A DNA stretch of 63,161 bases, the filler included. It is 3 parts of 3 records of this genome, joined end to end, with 100 filler letters (N's around TTAATTAATTAA, not from the genome) between each part and the next. Parts side by side here need not be neighbours in the genome. Positions count along the whole stretch, not along the records: positions 30,527 to 56,528 come from DRR723986_5795; 2 more parts are not named here. One strand, 5' to 3'. The notes under the pieces were generated by a model, which worked only from the letters and a program-made list of their open reading frames with translations, was not told where the DNA came from and made no database searches. Below, in pieces: positions 39,045 to 49,366 of this stretch (its first letter is position 1; each line of letters starts with the position of its first letter). The translations under genes were made by a program, and so were the position numbers.

Positions 39045-39518
39045 TCACTTTTGGTGGTTCGTGGGCTCTGCGTCTTTCAGTGGGCGAAGCTCTTTGAAGA
39101 AGTCTTCGACGTCTTTGAACTCTCTGTAGACACTGGCGAAACGCACGTAGGCAACTTGGTCTAACTCGGCAAGTTGTTGCATTACGATGCGGCCGATAAC
39201 GCTGCTGGGAATCTCGCTTTCGTAGTCGGAAAGAATTTCTGCTTCGACCGAAGCAGCTACCTGCTTGATTTGCTCAGGTGAAACTTTTCGTTTCCAACAT
39301 GCCCTCGCGAGGCCACGTTCGACTTTTTCGCGTTGGAACGGTTCGCGAACGTTGTCCTTCTTCTTAACGTGAAGCGACAACTGCTCGACGCGTTCGTAGG
39401 TCGTAAAGCGATTTTCGCATTGATTGCAGCAGCGTCGGCGTCGGATCGCGCGACCGTCTTCGCAAGCGCGTGAATCGACGACACGATCATTGTCAGCCGA
39501 ACAGTGGGGACAGCGCAT
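39045..39518 (-). CDS. nrdR: Transcriptional repressor NrdR
   Basis: MRCPHC...VVDSR...IRRRRCC..C..RFTTYE zinc ribbon; ATP-cone; AYVRFASVYREF. Confidence 0.97.
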   Translation of the reverse strand: MRCPHCSADNDRVVDSRACEDGRAIRRRRCCNQCENRFTTYERVEQLSLHVKKKDNVREPFQREKVERGLARACWKRKVSPEQIKQVAASVEAEILSDYESEIPSSVIGRIVMQQLAELDQVAYVRFASVYREFKDVEDFFKELRPLKDAEPTNHQK

Positions 39519-39952
39519 CTTGGAAGCTCATCGCATTTAAAGGACGAAAGGAACCCCGTTCATCTTATCGTTTGGAATGAACCTAGGCTACCGCCACGCA
39601 CGTGGCCGTAGTGCTAACCGCAGTTGGCTGCTAGATCGCGTGGGTGTCAGGATGATAACTGGAACGCGAGCTCGGCCAGTCTCACTGTCGTGAGAGCGGA
39701 TTGCCGCGCGGTTTTCGTTTTCTTCCAGTCGCGGGCAGCGCCCAATGACAGCTAGGCCTCGGCCACTAATAAAAGGTGGTTGAAGCGGGCGTTTTTATCT
39801 GGCCTGTGTCCCTTATGTCATCTCTGGTCGGAATAGCTAGAATACGTCATCAGGCGTCACTAGCCGGGCTCGAAAAACCAACGATGAGCTACGGCGTTAG
39901 AATTGGCGACTATCTTTTGAGATCAGTTACTAGGCCCAAGGAGAAATTCAGT

Positions 39953-40543
39953 ATGTCTTCCGAAGAGCAACCTGAAGACGGCGGATCCGATTCGCCAGCA
40001 CGCGATCGATTTCAGGGAGCCGCTGCTGAAAAAATGCAAACGGTTCGGGAGACGCCCGCGGAAAAGAGCCTCTGGACTGGCGGCTATTCGCCGAAAGCCA
40101 TGTACGGCACTTGGGTATTCTCCGCCATTGGAACCGTGGCTGTGTTGCTGGGCGTGGGGCTGTTGGCCTTTGACCAGTCGATTGCCTGGTACATTGCTGG
40201 AGCGGCGATTCTCATTTGGTGGTGTTTCGCGATTGGAACGTATCTTTACCGTCGATTCAGCATGCACTACGAACTGACCACGCAGCGGTTCGTGCACCAA
40301 GCGGGCGTTTTGATTCGACAGACCGACCGAATCGAAGTGATCGACATCGATGACGTGAGTTACACCCAAGGCGTCATTCAACGCATGCTCGGTGTTGGAA
40401 CGATCCGCATCACGGGCAGCGATCGAACTCACCCGGAGCTTGTGCTTCGAGGAATCGACAAGGTTCCCGAAATTGCAAGCTTGATCGACGATGTACGGCG
40501 TGAGGAACGACGGCGTCGAAGTCTGCACATCGAATCGATCTAG
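39953..40543 (+). CDS. Membrane protein with bacterial PH (bPH_2) domain
   Basis: AGGAG RBS; two TM helices; YELTTQR...G and QRMLGVGTI motifs. Confidence 0.8.
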   Translation: MSSEEQPEDGGSDSPARDRFQGAAAEKMQTVRETPAEKSLWTGGYSPKAMYGTWVFSAIGTVAVLLGVGLLAFDQSIAWYIAGAAILIWWCFAIGTYLYRRFSMHYELTTQRFVHQAGVLIRQTDRIEVIDIDDVSYTQGVIQRMLGVGTIRITGSDRTHPELVLRGIDKVPEIASLIDDVRREERRRRSLHIESI

Positions 40544-40644
40544 AATCCACAGCAGATTGATCTAGCTTGCAATCGAGTCAAAGTGATTGCAAGCAATTCC
40601 GACTCTCTTGCAAGCGAATTCAACTCCTTCGGCTCAGTGAGCGA

Positions 40645-41676
40645 CTAAGCACTGCGTTGAGCGCTGAATTCCGCAATCAACTCCAAGAACCGACGTGATT
40701 CATTGTTCGGAAGCGGAGAGAGTACATCGATCGCCTTGCGGGCAAGTTGCCGCGATATCCTGAGGGTGTACTGGCTGGCGTCTGAATTATCCAGCAGAGC
40801 TTTGACTTCAGAGAATCGCGTACGTGAGTTTGAAGACAATAGCTCTCGCATGGCATTTTGCTCCGCTGCAGACGCACCACTCAAGTAGTGCAGGATCGGC
40901 AGAGTTGGTTTTCCCTGCTCCAGGTCTGTTCCCAGGGTCTTGCCAACCGAGTCCGTGCCCCAGTAGTCGAGCCAGTCGTCGTAAATCTGGAACGCCAGCC
41001 CTAGCAGGATTCCGAACCTCTTCAGGAGCCGTTGTTCGGTTTTGTTTGCTCCGCCCTTCCAGCCGCCCAGGCGACAGGCGGCTCCGCATAGTGAGCCGGT
41101 CTTCTGCACTAGAATCTGACGATACTCTGCGATCGACATCTCCCAATCACCACTGGTCAACTGTTGGCGGATCTCGCCGCTGCACAAGCTGGCCGCCGCG
41201 GAAGCAATTACGCGTGCCGGGAAAGTTGACCGCGTTGAAGCGGCAAGATCATAGGCTCGCGTAAACACAAAGTCGCCAAGTAAGATGGCCGTCCTACTGT
41301 TTGTTTGAGCCACAAGGGTCGGGCGGTGTCGGCGCGTTTCGGCGGCGTCTAGAACGTCGTCGTGAACCAAACTCGCCGCGTGAACCAGCTCTACGGCTGA
41401 TCCGATACTCGCTAAGTCAGATAGGTCCAGCGGGTTTTCCGACTCACCAAAGACTCGATAAGACAAGATTGTCAACATTGGCCGGAGTCGTTTGCCGCCC
41501 ATCACGCCCGCCTGCTGAGCTAGGCTTTCAAACGACGCGTCACCGGTTAGGCTGCCGCGAATCCGCTGCTCGACGCGTTGCAGGTCTTCCGAGAGAAACT
41601 GCTTCAACTCGGCCAAGACATTTGGCGTCGCCTGCAATGATTCAGCAGGTCCCAGTGGCGTGGACTGATCGATCAT
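40645..41676 (-). CDS. Polyprenyl diphosphate synthase (IspB-like)
   Basis: GGKRLRP, ELVHAASLVHDDVLD...RR, KT, FQIYDDWLD and GKPTLP motifs. Confidence 0.92.
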   Translation of the reverse strand: MIDQSTPLGPAESLQATPNVLAELKQFLSEDLQRVEQRIRGSLTGDASFESLAQQAGVMGGKRLRPMLTILSYRVFGESENPLDLSDLASIGSAVELVHAASLVHDDVLDAAETRRHRPTLVAQTNSRTAILLGDFVFTRAYDLAASTRSTFPARVIASAAASLCSGEIRQQLTSGDWEMSIAEYRQILVQKTGSLCGAACRLGGWKGGANKTEQRLLKRFGILLGLAFQIYDDWLDYWGTDSVGKTLGTDLEQGKPTLPILHYLSGASAAEQNAMRELLSSNSRTRFSEVKALLDNSDASQYTLRISRQLARKAIDVLSPLPNNESRRFLELIAEFSAQRSA

Positions 41677-41707
41677 GGGTTTCCGTTCATTTCCGCGAGC
41701 TGTGTCG

Positions 41708-42208
41708 CTACAGTTCCGGCCGCGTGTAATCTCCGCTCTTGCCGCCGCTCTTGCTAAGCAGTTGGATCGACGCAATCTCAATACTCTTGTCGATCGCCTT
41801 ACACATGTCGTAAACAGTCAACGCAGCAACCGAACAAGCTGTCATTGCCTCCATTTCCACACCAGTCTTAGCTGTAACACTCGCGGTCGTCAGGATGACG
41901 AGAGCGTCTCCTTCCCAGGCGAATTCTACGTCCAAGCTGTCCAGCGGCAGGGTGTGGCAAAGTGGAATCAACTCGTCAGTTCGCTTGGCCGCCGAAATCG
42001 CTGCAATTCTAGCCACAGCCAGGACATCTCCTTTGGCTATCGCATTCTGGCGAATTGCATCGGCTGTGGTCGCGTTCAGTTTGACGACAGCTTTGGCCTT
42101 GGCTCTGCGAGCTGACGCCGTTTTCGCACCGACATCAACCATGGCTGCCTTTCCAGCTTGGTCGACGTGGGTCAACGCGGCCTTCGAAACTGGCGAATTG
42201 TCTTCCAT
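41708..42208 (-). CDS. moaC: Cyclic pyranopterin monophosphate synthase
   Basis: LTHVD..G.A.MVDV, KGDVL, LIPLCH, TGVEMEA, YDMCKA and KSGGKSG motifs. Confidence 0.97.
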   Translation of the reverse strand: MEDNSPVSKAALTHVDQAGKAAMVDVGAKTASARRAKAKAVVKLNATTADAIRQNAIAKGDVLAVARIAAISAAKRTDELIPLCHTLPLDSLDVEFAWEGDALVILTTASVTAKTGVEMEAMTACSVAALTVYDMCKAIDKSIEIASIQLLSKSGGKSGDYTRPEL

Positions 42209-42498
42209 CAGCAGAACCGTAGTAACTAGAGCGGGATAACCTGCCAGCCGTTGAGCTTGCTAAAGCATCCGAAACTGGGCAGTTTTCAGCGAGGCGGCCT
42301 ATTCCAACCGGGCGCTGTAATTGTGGCCACAATCATGGCGAAGTAGCGGATTTTGGCAATCACGCTTGCAGCAAGAATCACTCGACCCACAAAATGGAGT
42401 TGTGGAGCTGGAATTGGTAAGCTGCGTAGAAATTGCTCGCCATTTGCGGCACAGGTGAAGCATAGACGAGCGACTCGATGTGCCGCCGCGGGACTAGG

Positions 42499-43647
42499 CT
42501 AGCGTCTTCTTGAACGATTGGATCGTCCACGCTGAGCGTTTTCAAGCTGTTGTTGCTGTTGCTGCTGAGCTTCCTGCTGTTGTTGTTGCTGCTGCTGTTG
42601 AGCTTGCTTGTTCTTGTCCGGCTTCTGAGTGGCAAACATTTTCAGCAACGCCTCGCGAACCGAGTCGTTGTTCATCGACACTGGGACCCGAGCAACCGCG
42701 ATCTCGCTTTCTTGCTTGGCCGCTTCGTCGAGCTTCTTGATCATCTCCATCATGATGTTCAGAAGATTCTCACCTTCTGCAGAGACCAGGATCGAATTCG
42801 TAACCGAGTCGACTCCCAGAGAAAGCTTGCCTTTGAACGACAGGCTGAATCCACCATCGGATCCGCCACTGTCGCGTTTGGATTCTTCCTCACCGCTTTG
42901 GAAAGCCTTGTCGTTTGCACTGAGCAAATCGCGGTAGGCTTCCTTCAAAGTTGCCGCAATGGAGTCGGCACGCGAGTACTTCACCGGGACAAGTTCTGTG
43001 TAACGGTCGTTATCGACGTCGTCGTCCGGTTCCGGTACATCCCATAGTTTGATCAGGTCCTTGATCGTTTGCCGGTCAAAATCGTCGGCACCGATTACAA
43101 CTATGGAATTGGTGTCGTTGTCGGCAATGAAGCGAAGTGGGGGGCGGCTGCCAAGCTCACGGTCCTTGTCGTCGTCGTTGTCGAAGTCAAATCCAAAAAA
43201 GATACGCTGCCAATCGTTGTCGCCGTCGTTCTCTTCAAAGTACTCCACCAAATTGAGCTTGATCCAAGTCGCCCGAGCATACTTTACTTCGAACACGTCG
43301 TAGGGCCGCTGCGGCGGACGGTTGGAACGCATGATCTTTTCTAAGCGATCGAGAGCGGCCGGGTCGTCGGATTTAATAATTAATTTTCCCGATGCATCGA
43401 TCGTAATGGAAACGGGCGCCGCAGCAGGTGGCTGCACAGGCGAGGCCTTCGGCGCTCCGCTGCGTGCTGGAAAACCTCGCGCGGCAGATTGCTGCGAAGA
43501 TGCTCCCGGCGCGGTATTCCCAGGCAGCTCACTGCGTACTGCGCTCTTGGCCGAGTCCTTCGAATCCTGAGCCATGCCGACGGTTGGGTTTGCGCCGGTC
43601 AGCGAAAGTATGCATGCTGCAAGAATCGCGAAATAGGATCGGGACAT
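42499..43647 (-). CDS. Exported protein with Secretin_N-type repeats, no secretin barrel
   Basis: AAGGA RBS and signal peptide; repeats of VKYARA...ADNDTNSIVV...IKDLIKLWD and VKYSRA...VDSVTNSILV...IKKLD; poly-Q tail. Confidence 0.75.
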   Translation of the reverse strand: MSRSYFAILAACILSLTGANPTVGMAQDSKDSAKSAVRSELPGNTAPGASSQQSAARGFPARSGAPKASPVQPPAAAPVSITIDASGKLIIKSDDPAALDRLEKIMRSNRPPQRPYDVFEVKYARATWIKLNLVEYFEENDGDNDWQRIFFGFDFDNDDDKDRELGSRPPLRFIADNDTNSIVVIGADDFDRQTIKDLIKLWDVPEPDDDVDNDRYTELVPVKYSRADSIAATLKEAYRDLLSANDKAFQSGEEESKRDSGGSDGGFSLSFKGKLSLGVDSVTNSILVSAEGENLLNIMMEMIKKLDEAAKQESEIAVARVPVSMNNDSVREALLKMFATQKPDKNKQAQQQQQQQQQEAQQQQQQQLENAQRGRSNRSRRR

Positions 43648-43815
43648 CGGGTATTTCCTTGAGCTAACCGCGGTCAAGTGGCGTTGTCTAGTAATGAGTA
43701 GTATGACCTGAGCGAACCGCGAATTCTAGCTGCAGTCGCCAAGGGATTTCCAACCGATAAAGAGTATAATCGTCTTCAAAAGTCGTGTTTTTAGGTCCTG
43801 TAGTCGGGTTTCTGT

Positions 43816-45057
43816 ATGTCGATCCAGCCGCATGAAACGACTGCCGCTGCTGGCCACGCTGCCAAGCCTCAGATGGCGGAGCGATCGTCTTCGACATCTG
43901 ATAAGCGTTCGCCCAGCCAATTTGACGGTGGCAGGATCGAAATCGTTGAGGTACAGACGCGAAGGGAATTCAACCAGTTCCTCAACTTGCCCGGACAGTT
44001 GCATGACGGCGTAGAAAACTGGGTGCCTCCGATTTATGCCGAAGATCGGAAGCTCTTGGACCGGCAAAAGGGCCCGTTTTTTCAGGATGGTCGAGCGAAG
44101 CTGTGGCTGGCCCGTCGCGATGGAAAAGCCGTTGGCCGGATGACTTCACATGTGAGTGACCGGTACGATCACCATATGGGGGGCAGCCGAGGGTTTTTTG
44201 GCTTTTTCGCCTGTGAGAACCACCTAGAAACTGCCCGCAGACTGTTCCAAGCCGCCCAAGATCATTTGCGTTACGAGGGCCGCGACGAAATCGAAGGGCC
44301 ATTTTCGTTCACCGTGTACGATGAACTGGGCATTCTGGTCGACGGTTTTGATACACCGCCATCATTCATGGTGGCACACAATCCTCCCTACTACGCAGAA
44401 TTGCTGGAAGCCTGCGGCTTTGAAAAGTCCATCGATTGGTACGCGTACCGTGGACGCCGTGGTGAGACGGACGCAAATCTCTCGCCACGCTTGGTCAGGC
44501 TTGTTGCGCAGCTTGAACAACAAGCCGACTTTCAACTTCGCCCAATTCGAATGTCAGACTTTCAGCGCGACGCAGAGATTGTGAAGCAGGTCTTTGATAA
44601 GGCTTGGGAGCGAAATTGGGGCCATGTTCCCATGAGCGACCCTGAGTTTCACGCCATGGCCAAAGGGCTGAAACAAATTATTGTGCCAGGGCTTTCTTGT
44701 ATCGTTGAAATCGCAGGGAAGCCGGTTGGGCTTGCAATATCAATCTACGATATCAACCCAATTGTGCAGGCCATCGGTGGGCGGCTATTGCCTTTCGGGT
44801 TCGTTAAGTTGTTACGCAACGCGAAGAAGATGCAACGGTTCCGCATGCTACTAATGGGCGTTCTGCCGCAACATCGAGGACGCGGCTACGAAGTTGCCAT
44901 GTATGTGCATGCAATTCGCATGGCGGCAGAAATGGGATTCACAGAAGCCGAGATGTCCCTAATCGTTGAAAGCAACGCTCCGATGATTAAGTCGATTGAG
45001 CACTTAAGCACACGGCGATGCAAAACGATACGTGTCTATTCCAAGAAGCTGTCCTAG
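43816..45057 (+). CDS. Double-GNAT acyltransferase, YghO/bacterial ceramide synthase-like
   Basis: WVPP, GFFGFF, GPF...GILVDGF, HNPPYY, NWGHVP, LLPFG and RGRG acyl-CoA motifs. Confidence 0.8.
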   Translation: MSIQPHETTAAAGHAAKPQMAERSSSTSDKRSPSQFDGGRIEIVEVQTRREFNQFLNLPGQLHDGVENWVPPIYAEDRKLLDRQKGPFFQDGRAKLWLARRDGKAVGRMTSHVSDRYDHHMGGSRGFFGFFACENHLETARRLFQAAQDHLRYEGRDEIEGPFSFTVYDELGILVDGFDTPPSFMVAHNPPYYAELLEACGFEKSIDWYAYRGRRGETDANLSPRLVRLVAQLEQQADFQLRPIRMSDFQRDAEIVKQVFDKAWERNWGHVPMSDPEFHAMAKGLKQIIVPGLSCIVEIAGKPVGLAISIYDINPIVQAIGGRLLPFGFVKLLRNAKKMQRFRMLLMGVLPQHRGRGYEVAMYVHAIRMAAEMGFTEAEMSLIVESNAPMIKSIEHLSTRRCKTIRVYSKKLS

Positions 45058-45120
45058 GCGGATGTCATTTTGAACAAGAATCTGAACGAGCCCAATGGTT
45101 TAGCCTTGCTAGTTGACGCG

Positions 45121-48100
45121 TCAGGTCTTGATCTTTTCAGGCTCTGCAGGCTCAGACGCCAGCACTTGGCGTAGATCGTTAAGGGATACTGGCTTGGCGA
45201 TGACGGCATCGGCAAGCTCGCGCATGGCGGGAAGCTCGTGGCCGGTCATGAGAATCACTCGCAAGTCAGGTCTGCGGCGGTGCACATGGTTGCTCAGGTC
45301 CGTGCCGCTCATTCCCGGTAAACCGTAGTCGGTAAGTACAACCTTGATTTCAGGCGAGTCGTCGAGAACCTCGATGGCCTGTTCCGCATCACTGGCTTGT
45401 TTGACGGTATGTCCTAGTGCGTGAAGCAGCGATGCAATCGCGTCACGCGTCGTCGCGATGTCTTCCACCAAGAGAACATGCAGAGGCGCCGGGTGCAGCT
45501 TGGATCCTTCGTCGATTCGCACGCTCTTGCGGCGAGCGGCTTGGTTGGTCGGGATTGCGAACCGAAACGTGGTCCCTTCGCCAAGTTTCGACTCGACCGA
45601 TAGCCGGCCGCCGTAGGATTGAACGATCGCCCGTGAAGTGGACAGTCCAAGTCCACTGCCCCGCTCCTCGCGAGTTGAGAAGAAGGTTGAAAAACATGCG
45701 GCGAGTGTCGTTTCGTCCATCCCGCTACCGTTGTCCGAAACGCTAACGATCGCTTGCTCGTTCTCTTCTCTACAAGCGAGACGAATGGTTCCGTCAAAGC
45801 TTCCCGGATCGATGGCTTCAATCGCGTTGGAAAGCAAATTGAGTAGCACTTCGCGAATCTCTGCGGCCGAGCACCACAAGTCCACTGGATGAGTGTCGGT
45901 AACGATCCTGATAGTCGACGCGGAACCTCGCTTGTCGATGACCATCGCGCGTGCCGAAGCAGAGAAATCTTCGACCAAGGCACTCAAGTCGACCAGTTCT
46001 TGTGAATTACTTACACTCCAGTACAGCGGCTGAATCCTGCGAATGATTCCGGCTGCATCCTTGGCGGCGTTGTTCACGTGCGAGGCCATTTTTCGGACCT
46101 CCGAGGAAGCGGTGTCGTGAATTGTTATCAACTCAGAGAAGGCAGCCACCGGTGCAAGTGCGTTGTTGACATCGTGCGCGACGCTTGCAGCCAGTTCGCC
46201 GAAGGCACGCAGGCGTTCCTGCTTCAGCAAAGCGTTCTGGGTTGCCTGCAACTGCTGCTCGGCTTCAATTCGATCGGTAACTTCCCTTTGCAGCGTTGCG
46301 ACCTGTCGTTGGTGCATGCGGATCCGCCACCAAACCAGCGAAGAACATGCTAGTACGACGGAGAGTGCCGCGCATACTTTGAAGGCCGTCGTTGCGTACC
46401 ATGGCGGGAAGACCTCTATTTCGCAGGTCGAAACGGGCGTTATGGTACCATCCGGCAGAATTGCTCGCACTTGGAACGTGTAGTCGCCGCCGTAGAGAGC
46501 TGGGTATTCACGGTGAGTCCGCTTGGTGGGTTCACTCCACGAGTCGCGAATGCCGATCATGCGTGTTTGATAGAAGACTCTCTGGCCGCTGAACGCCGCA
46601 GAAACCGAGAAATCGATAACCAGTGTCTTTGTCGTGAAGTCGTAGGAAAAGGCGCGATTCCAAGATTCGTCCCACTCCCTCGGATCGCTGGCCAGATCGG
46701 TCTGCTCGTTTTTCTCACGTTCGCCGACCAAAGCTGTACGCGTAAGGAGAACTCGCGGTGCCGGTGATTCTGCCGGACCGAATGACCGTGAGTTGCTTCT
46801 AGGCACCCGACACAGGATTTGGTTCGCCGCGCCAGCCCAGATTACGCCCGCTTCGCCCTCAATGCCCCCTTTGAGCGTACTCGATGAGATGCTTTCCAGG
46901 ATAGGTTTGATCGAGAGTTTTTCTGAGGTGTCCAAGCTGACCCGCAGTAAACTGGATGTTCCACCGGAGGCGATCAGGTCGCCGTTGGATAATCGGCTCG
47001 TGCTCAGGCGTGATAGTGCTGGGTGAAAACGCACTGGTGGTCGAAATTGTGCAAGGCCCGCCATGCTGGGGCTCTCTACAAACAGGTCTCGCTGAGGATC
47101 ATGTTCTCGGATCACGGGCGGAGAATTAGCACCAAGTGTTTCTGCTGGGCCCGCGTGACTAAACACGAAAGTGCGGTCGCCAAGCGTAAAGGGGACTCCG
47201 GTGACGGCGAACTCTTTTGTTTTTTCGCTGCCAGGTTCGCCAAGTTCGACGCGTTGGATTGTACGGCGATCCAGGTTGTCAGAACAATTAAACCAGTAGA
47301 CACCGTCGGAGTCTTTTGCGACGTCCCAGACGCTCAAGCCAGATAGGAACTGAGAAACAATCTGCCACTTGCCATCGATGAATCGCGTACGAGTGCAGCC
47401 GATTCCGTTGTAGCAAGCGATGATTTCATCTTGCTGTGTTCCCTCGATCACATCAAATGCATGAGCAATCTTGGTTCCTGGTACATGCAACGGATTTGCG
47501 ACTTGGCCCCGGTTTTCTGCATAGTAAAGACCATTCGGCTGGCAAATGAAAAGTCGATCGTTGATCACCCGCAACCGAGTGACTTCGATGGTCGAGTCCC
47601 CCACATACTTGAACTCATCGGTCGGCAATCGATCTGGACTTTCTAAGGTACTTTGATAGATTCCACGCGCCGTGCCAGCCACCAATGTGCCCTCGAAGCT
47701 CGCGATCGCGTTGACCAGTGCACTTTGAGGCAGATCCCAGACGCGCAAGGATGGTTGGGTGTGAAATCGTACGACACCAGTAGAAATCGGAAACCAAATC
47801 CTCCCTTGAACTCCCAAGTGGACCGAAGACGATGAACCGGGGATCTCTTCGGGTAAGATGCATGCCAGCTCCTCGCCCTGTGTGTTGATGATGGCCGCCC
47901 CATCGTTTCGCGCGGTGATGATAAAGCGGTCTGCGGCGATCCGTTTTATGCGAAGCGGGAACCTACAATACTCAAGCGGTTGCCCGTCCGCCCATGTGCC
48001 AACAAACTTGTACTCACGTCCGTCGAATGTTGCTACGTACCGCGTACTGGCGCTTGCGGCTATGACAACTAGTTGCGACGATTCTGGGGTTGTGGCACAG

Positions 48101-48852
48101 AAGTCGAGCACTGTCAAATCGGTTCCGTCTGGTGCCACTAGCTTAACGTAGTCAAGCAATTCGACTGAGCCGTCATCGTTCAACCATCCAAACCGAGATG
48201 ACCACGGTGTACTGCGTCGTTCGACTTGGACCATCGCGCCACCCTGGACTTCGCGAACGCGCCGGAATTTGTACTCTCGAGGAAGCACTTTTGCGGCGCG
48301 AATGACCGTTACGCGGTCTTCACCGTCAGGCGTGACCTCCATTCGAGCAATGGCTTCGGTCTTGGTAGCATAGACACGATTGCCGACACGGGAGAGGTCA
48401 CGAAAGGCGGTCGCTGATTTCAGCCCAGCTTCCAAAATCGGACTTTCGAACGATGTGTAGCGCAGTGTCGGACTCGAAGCGATATCCCACTTGCCGACAC
48501 CGTCTTCCAGCAGACCATAGACGCAGTTCTGCCCATTAGTCTCCAGACTCAGCACCGATCGACCGGAATAAACTCGATGCCATCGCGTCCCATCAAATCG
48601 CAACAGTCCGCTGCGATCGCCGACGTAGATCCAGCCGAATCGATCGGCCGTTACGGTCCGCGCGTCATTAATTCCGCCTGAATCACTAGCGGCCAGATGA
48701 ACGCTTGGAAATCGACCGCTTGGCAATTCAGCTTCCGCCAAGCCAGGGACAAGTATGCAAAATACCAGAACTGCGAAGCTAAACTGCTTCGCCCAGAGTG
48801 TGCTCATAGTTGGAGATTGCGGTGCTGCAGACAAATTGGGCGTGGCGGACAT
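45121..48852 (-). CDS. Hybrid sensor histidine kinase (beta-propeller sensor, Y_Y_Y domain, TM, HisKA, HATPase, receiver)
   Basis: YPALYGGDYTFQVRA...PPWY; AHDVNN; NLLSNAIEA, DNGSGM, GSGLGL; receiver LLVED...TDYGLP...KP. Confidence 0.9.
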   Translation of the reverse strand: MSATPNLSAAPQSPTMSTLWAKQFSFAVLVFCILVPGLAEAELPSGRFPSVHLAASDSGGINDARTVTADRFGWIYVGDRSGLLRFDGTRWHRVYSGRSVLSLETNGQNCVYGLLEDGVGKWDIASSPTLRYTSFESPILEAGLKSATAFRDLSRVGNRVYATKTEAIARMEVTPDGEDRVTVIRAAKVLPREYKFRRVREVQGGAMVQVERRSTPWSSRFGWLNDDGSVELLDYVKLVAPDGTDLTVLDFCATTPESSQLVVIAASASTRYVATFDGREYKFVGTWADGQPLEYCRFPLRIKRIAADRFIITARNDGAAIINTQGEELACILPEEIPGSSSSVHLGVQGRIWFPISTGVVRFHTQPSLRVWDLPQSALVNAIASFEGTLVAGTARGIYQSTLESPDRLPTDEFKYVGDSTIEVTRLRVINDRLFICQPNGLYYAENRGQVANPLHVPGTKIAHAFDVIEGTQQDEIIACYNGIGCTRTRFIDGKWQIVSQFLSGLSVWDVAKDSDGVYWFNCSDNLDRRTIQRVELGEPGSEKTKEFAVTGVPFTLGDRTFVFSHAGPAETLGANSPPVIREHDPQRDLFVESPSMAGLAQFRPPVRFHPALSRLSTSRLSNGDLIASGGTSSLLRVSLDTSEKLSIKPILESISSSTLKGGIEGEAGVIWAGAANQILCRVPRSNSRSFGPAESPAPRVLLTRTALVGEREKNEQTDLASDPREWDESWNRAFSYDFTTKTLVIDFSVSAAFSGQRVFYQTRMIGIRDSWSEPTKRTHREYPALYGGDYTFQVRAILPDGTITPVSTCEIEVFPPWYATTAFKVCAALSVVLACSSLVWWRIRMHQRQVATLQREVTDRIEAEQQLQATQNALLKQERLRAFGELAASVAHDVNNALAPVAAFSELITIHDTASSEVRKMASHVNNAAKDAAGIIRRIQPLYWSVSNSQELVDLSALVEDFSASARAMVIDKRGSASTIRIVTDTHPVDLWCSAAEIREVLLNLLSNAIEAIDPGSFDGTIRLACREENEQAIVSVSDNGSGMDETTLAACFSTFFSTREERGSGLGLSTSRAIVQSYGGRLSVESKLGEGTTFRFAIPTNQAARRKSVRIDEGSKLHPAPLHVLLVEDIATTRDAIASLLHALGHTVKQASDAEQAIEVLDDSPEIKVVLTDYGLPGMSGTDLSNHVHRRRPDLRVILMTGHELPAMRELADAVIAKPVSLNDLRQVLASEPAEPEKIKT

Positions 48853-49091
48853 ACGTCAGGCCTAACAGGATGGCAGGAATCCGGCTGAACGTCTGCAGGG
48901 TCTAACCTGTTTGGCGTGAATTCGCCACCAAAAGTGGGGCATGTTCGTTCTCGCTCATTCTACGCAGAGGGCCAGAAGAGAACGATTAATGCCGCCATCC
49001 AGATCGCCAGTACGTGCTACAGATCCTTGGTTCTTGCAAGGAACGGAGTCAACCGCGCGATGCGTAGGGCCGTGACGAAGGGAACTAAACG

Positions 49092-49253
49092 GCATCAGGT
49101 TGCATTGGATAGGGGCTGACTCACGCGATGCGTCGAGCTGCGACCTGAGGCGCTGGACCGCATCAATCTGCATTGGATTGGGCTATGACTCACGCGAAGG
49201 CGCTAAGCTCGCGAAGGCGAGCCCGTTCATATATCTTCCTTCGCGGCTTAGCG
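49092..49253. repeat. Degenerate tandem and inverted repeats next to the GxxExxY gene
   Basis: Two copies of GCATCA..TGCATTGGAT.GG.GCT..GACTCACGCGA at 49092 and 49160; inverted pair CGCTAAGCTCGCGAAGG (49201-49217) / CCTTCGCGGCTTAGCG (49238-49253). Confidence 0.7.
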
Positions 49254-49366
49254 TGATGCGATTTCGATTGACGATTCGATGCACCAGCACATGCAGGGCG
49301 TCAAGCCGGTATGTTGACACACCACCGCCTCCCATCAGAAGACTCCCATGGTGGTTACACCCGGTC

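Noticed and set aside
39045-39518. Link between this nrdR and the NrdR-like boxes at 62649-62706
   Set aside because: They lie on different contigs from apparently different phyla.
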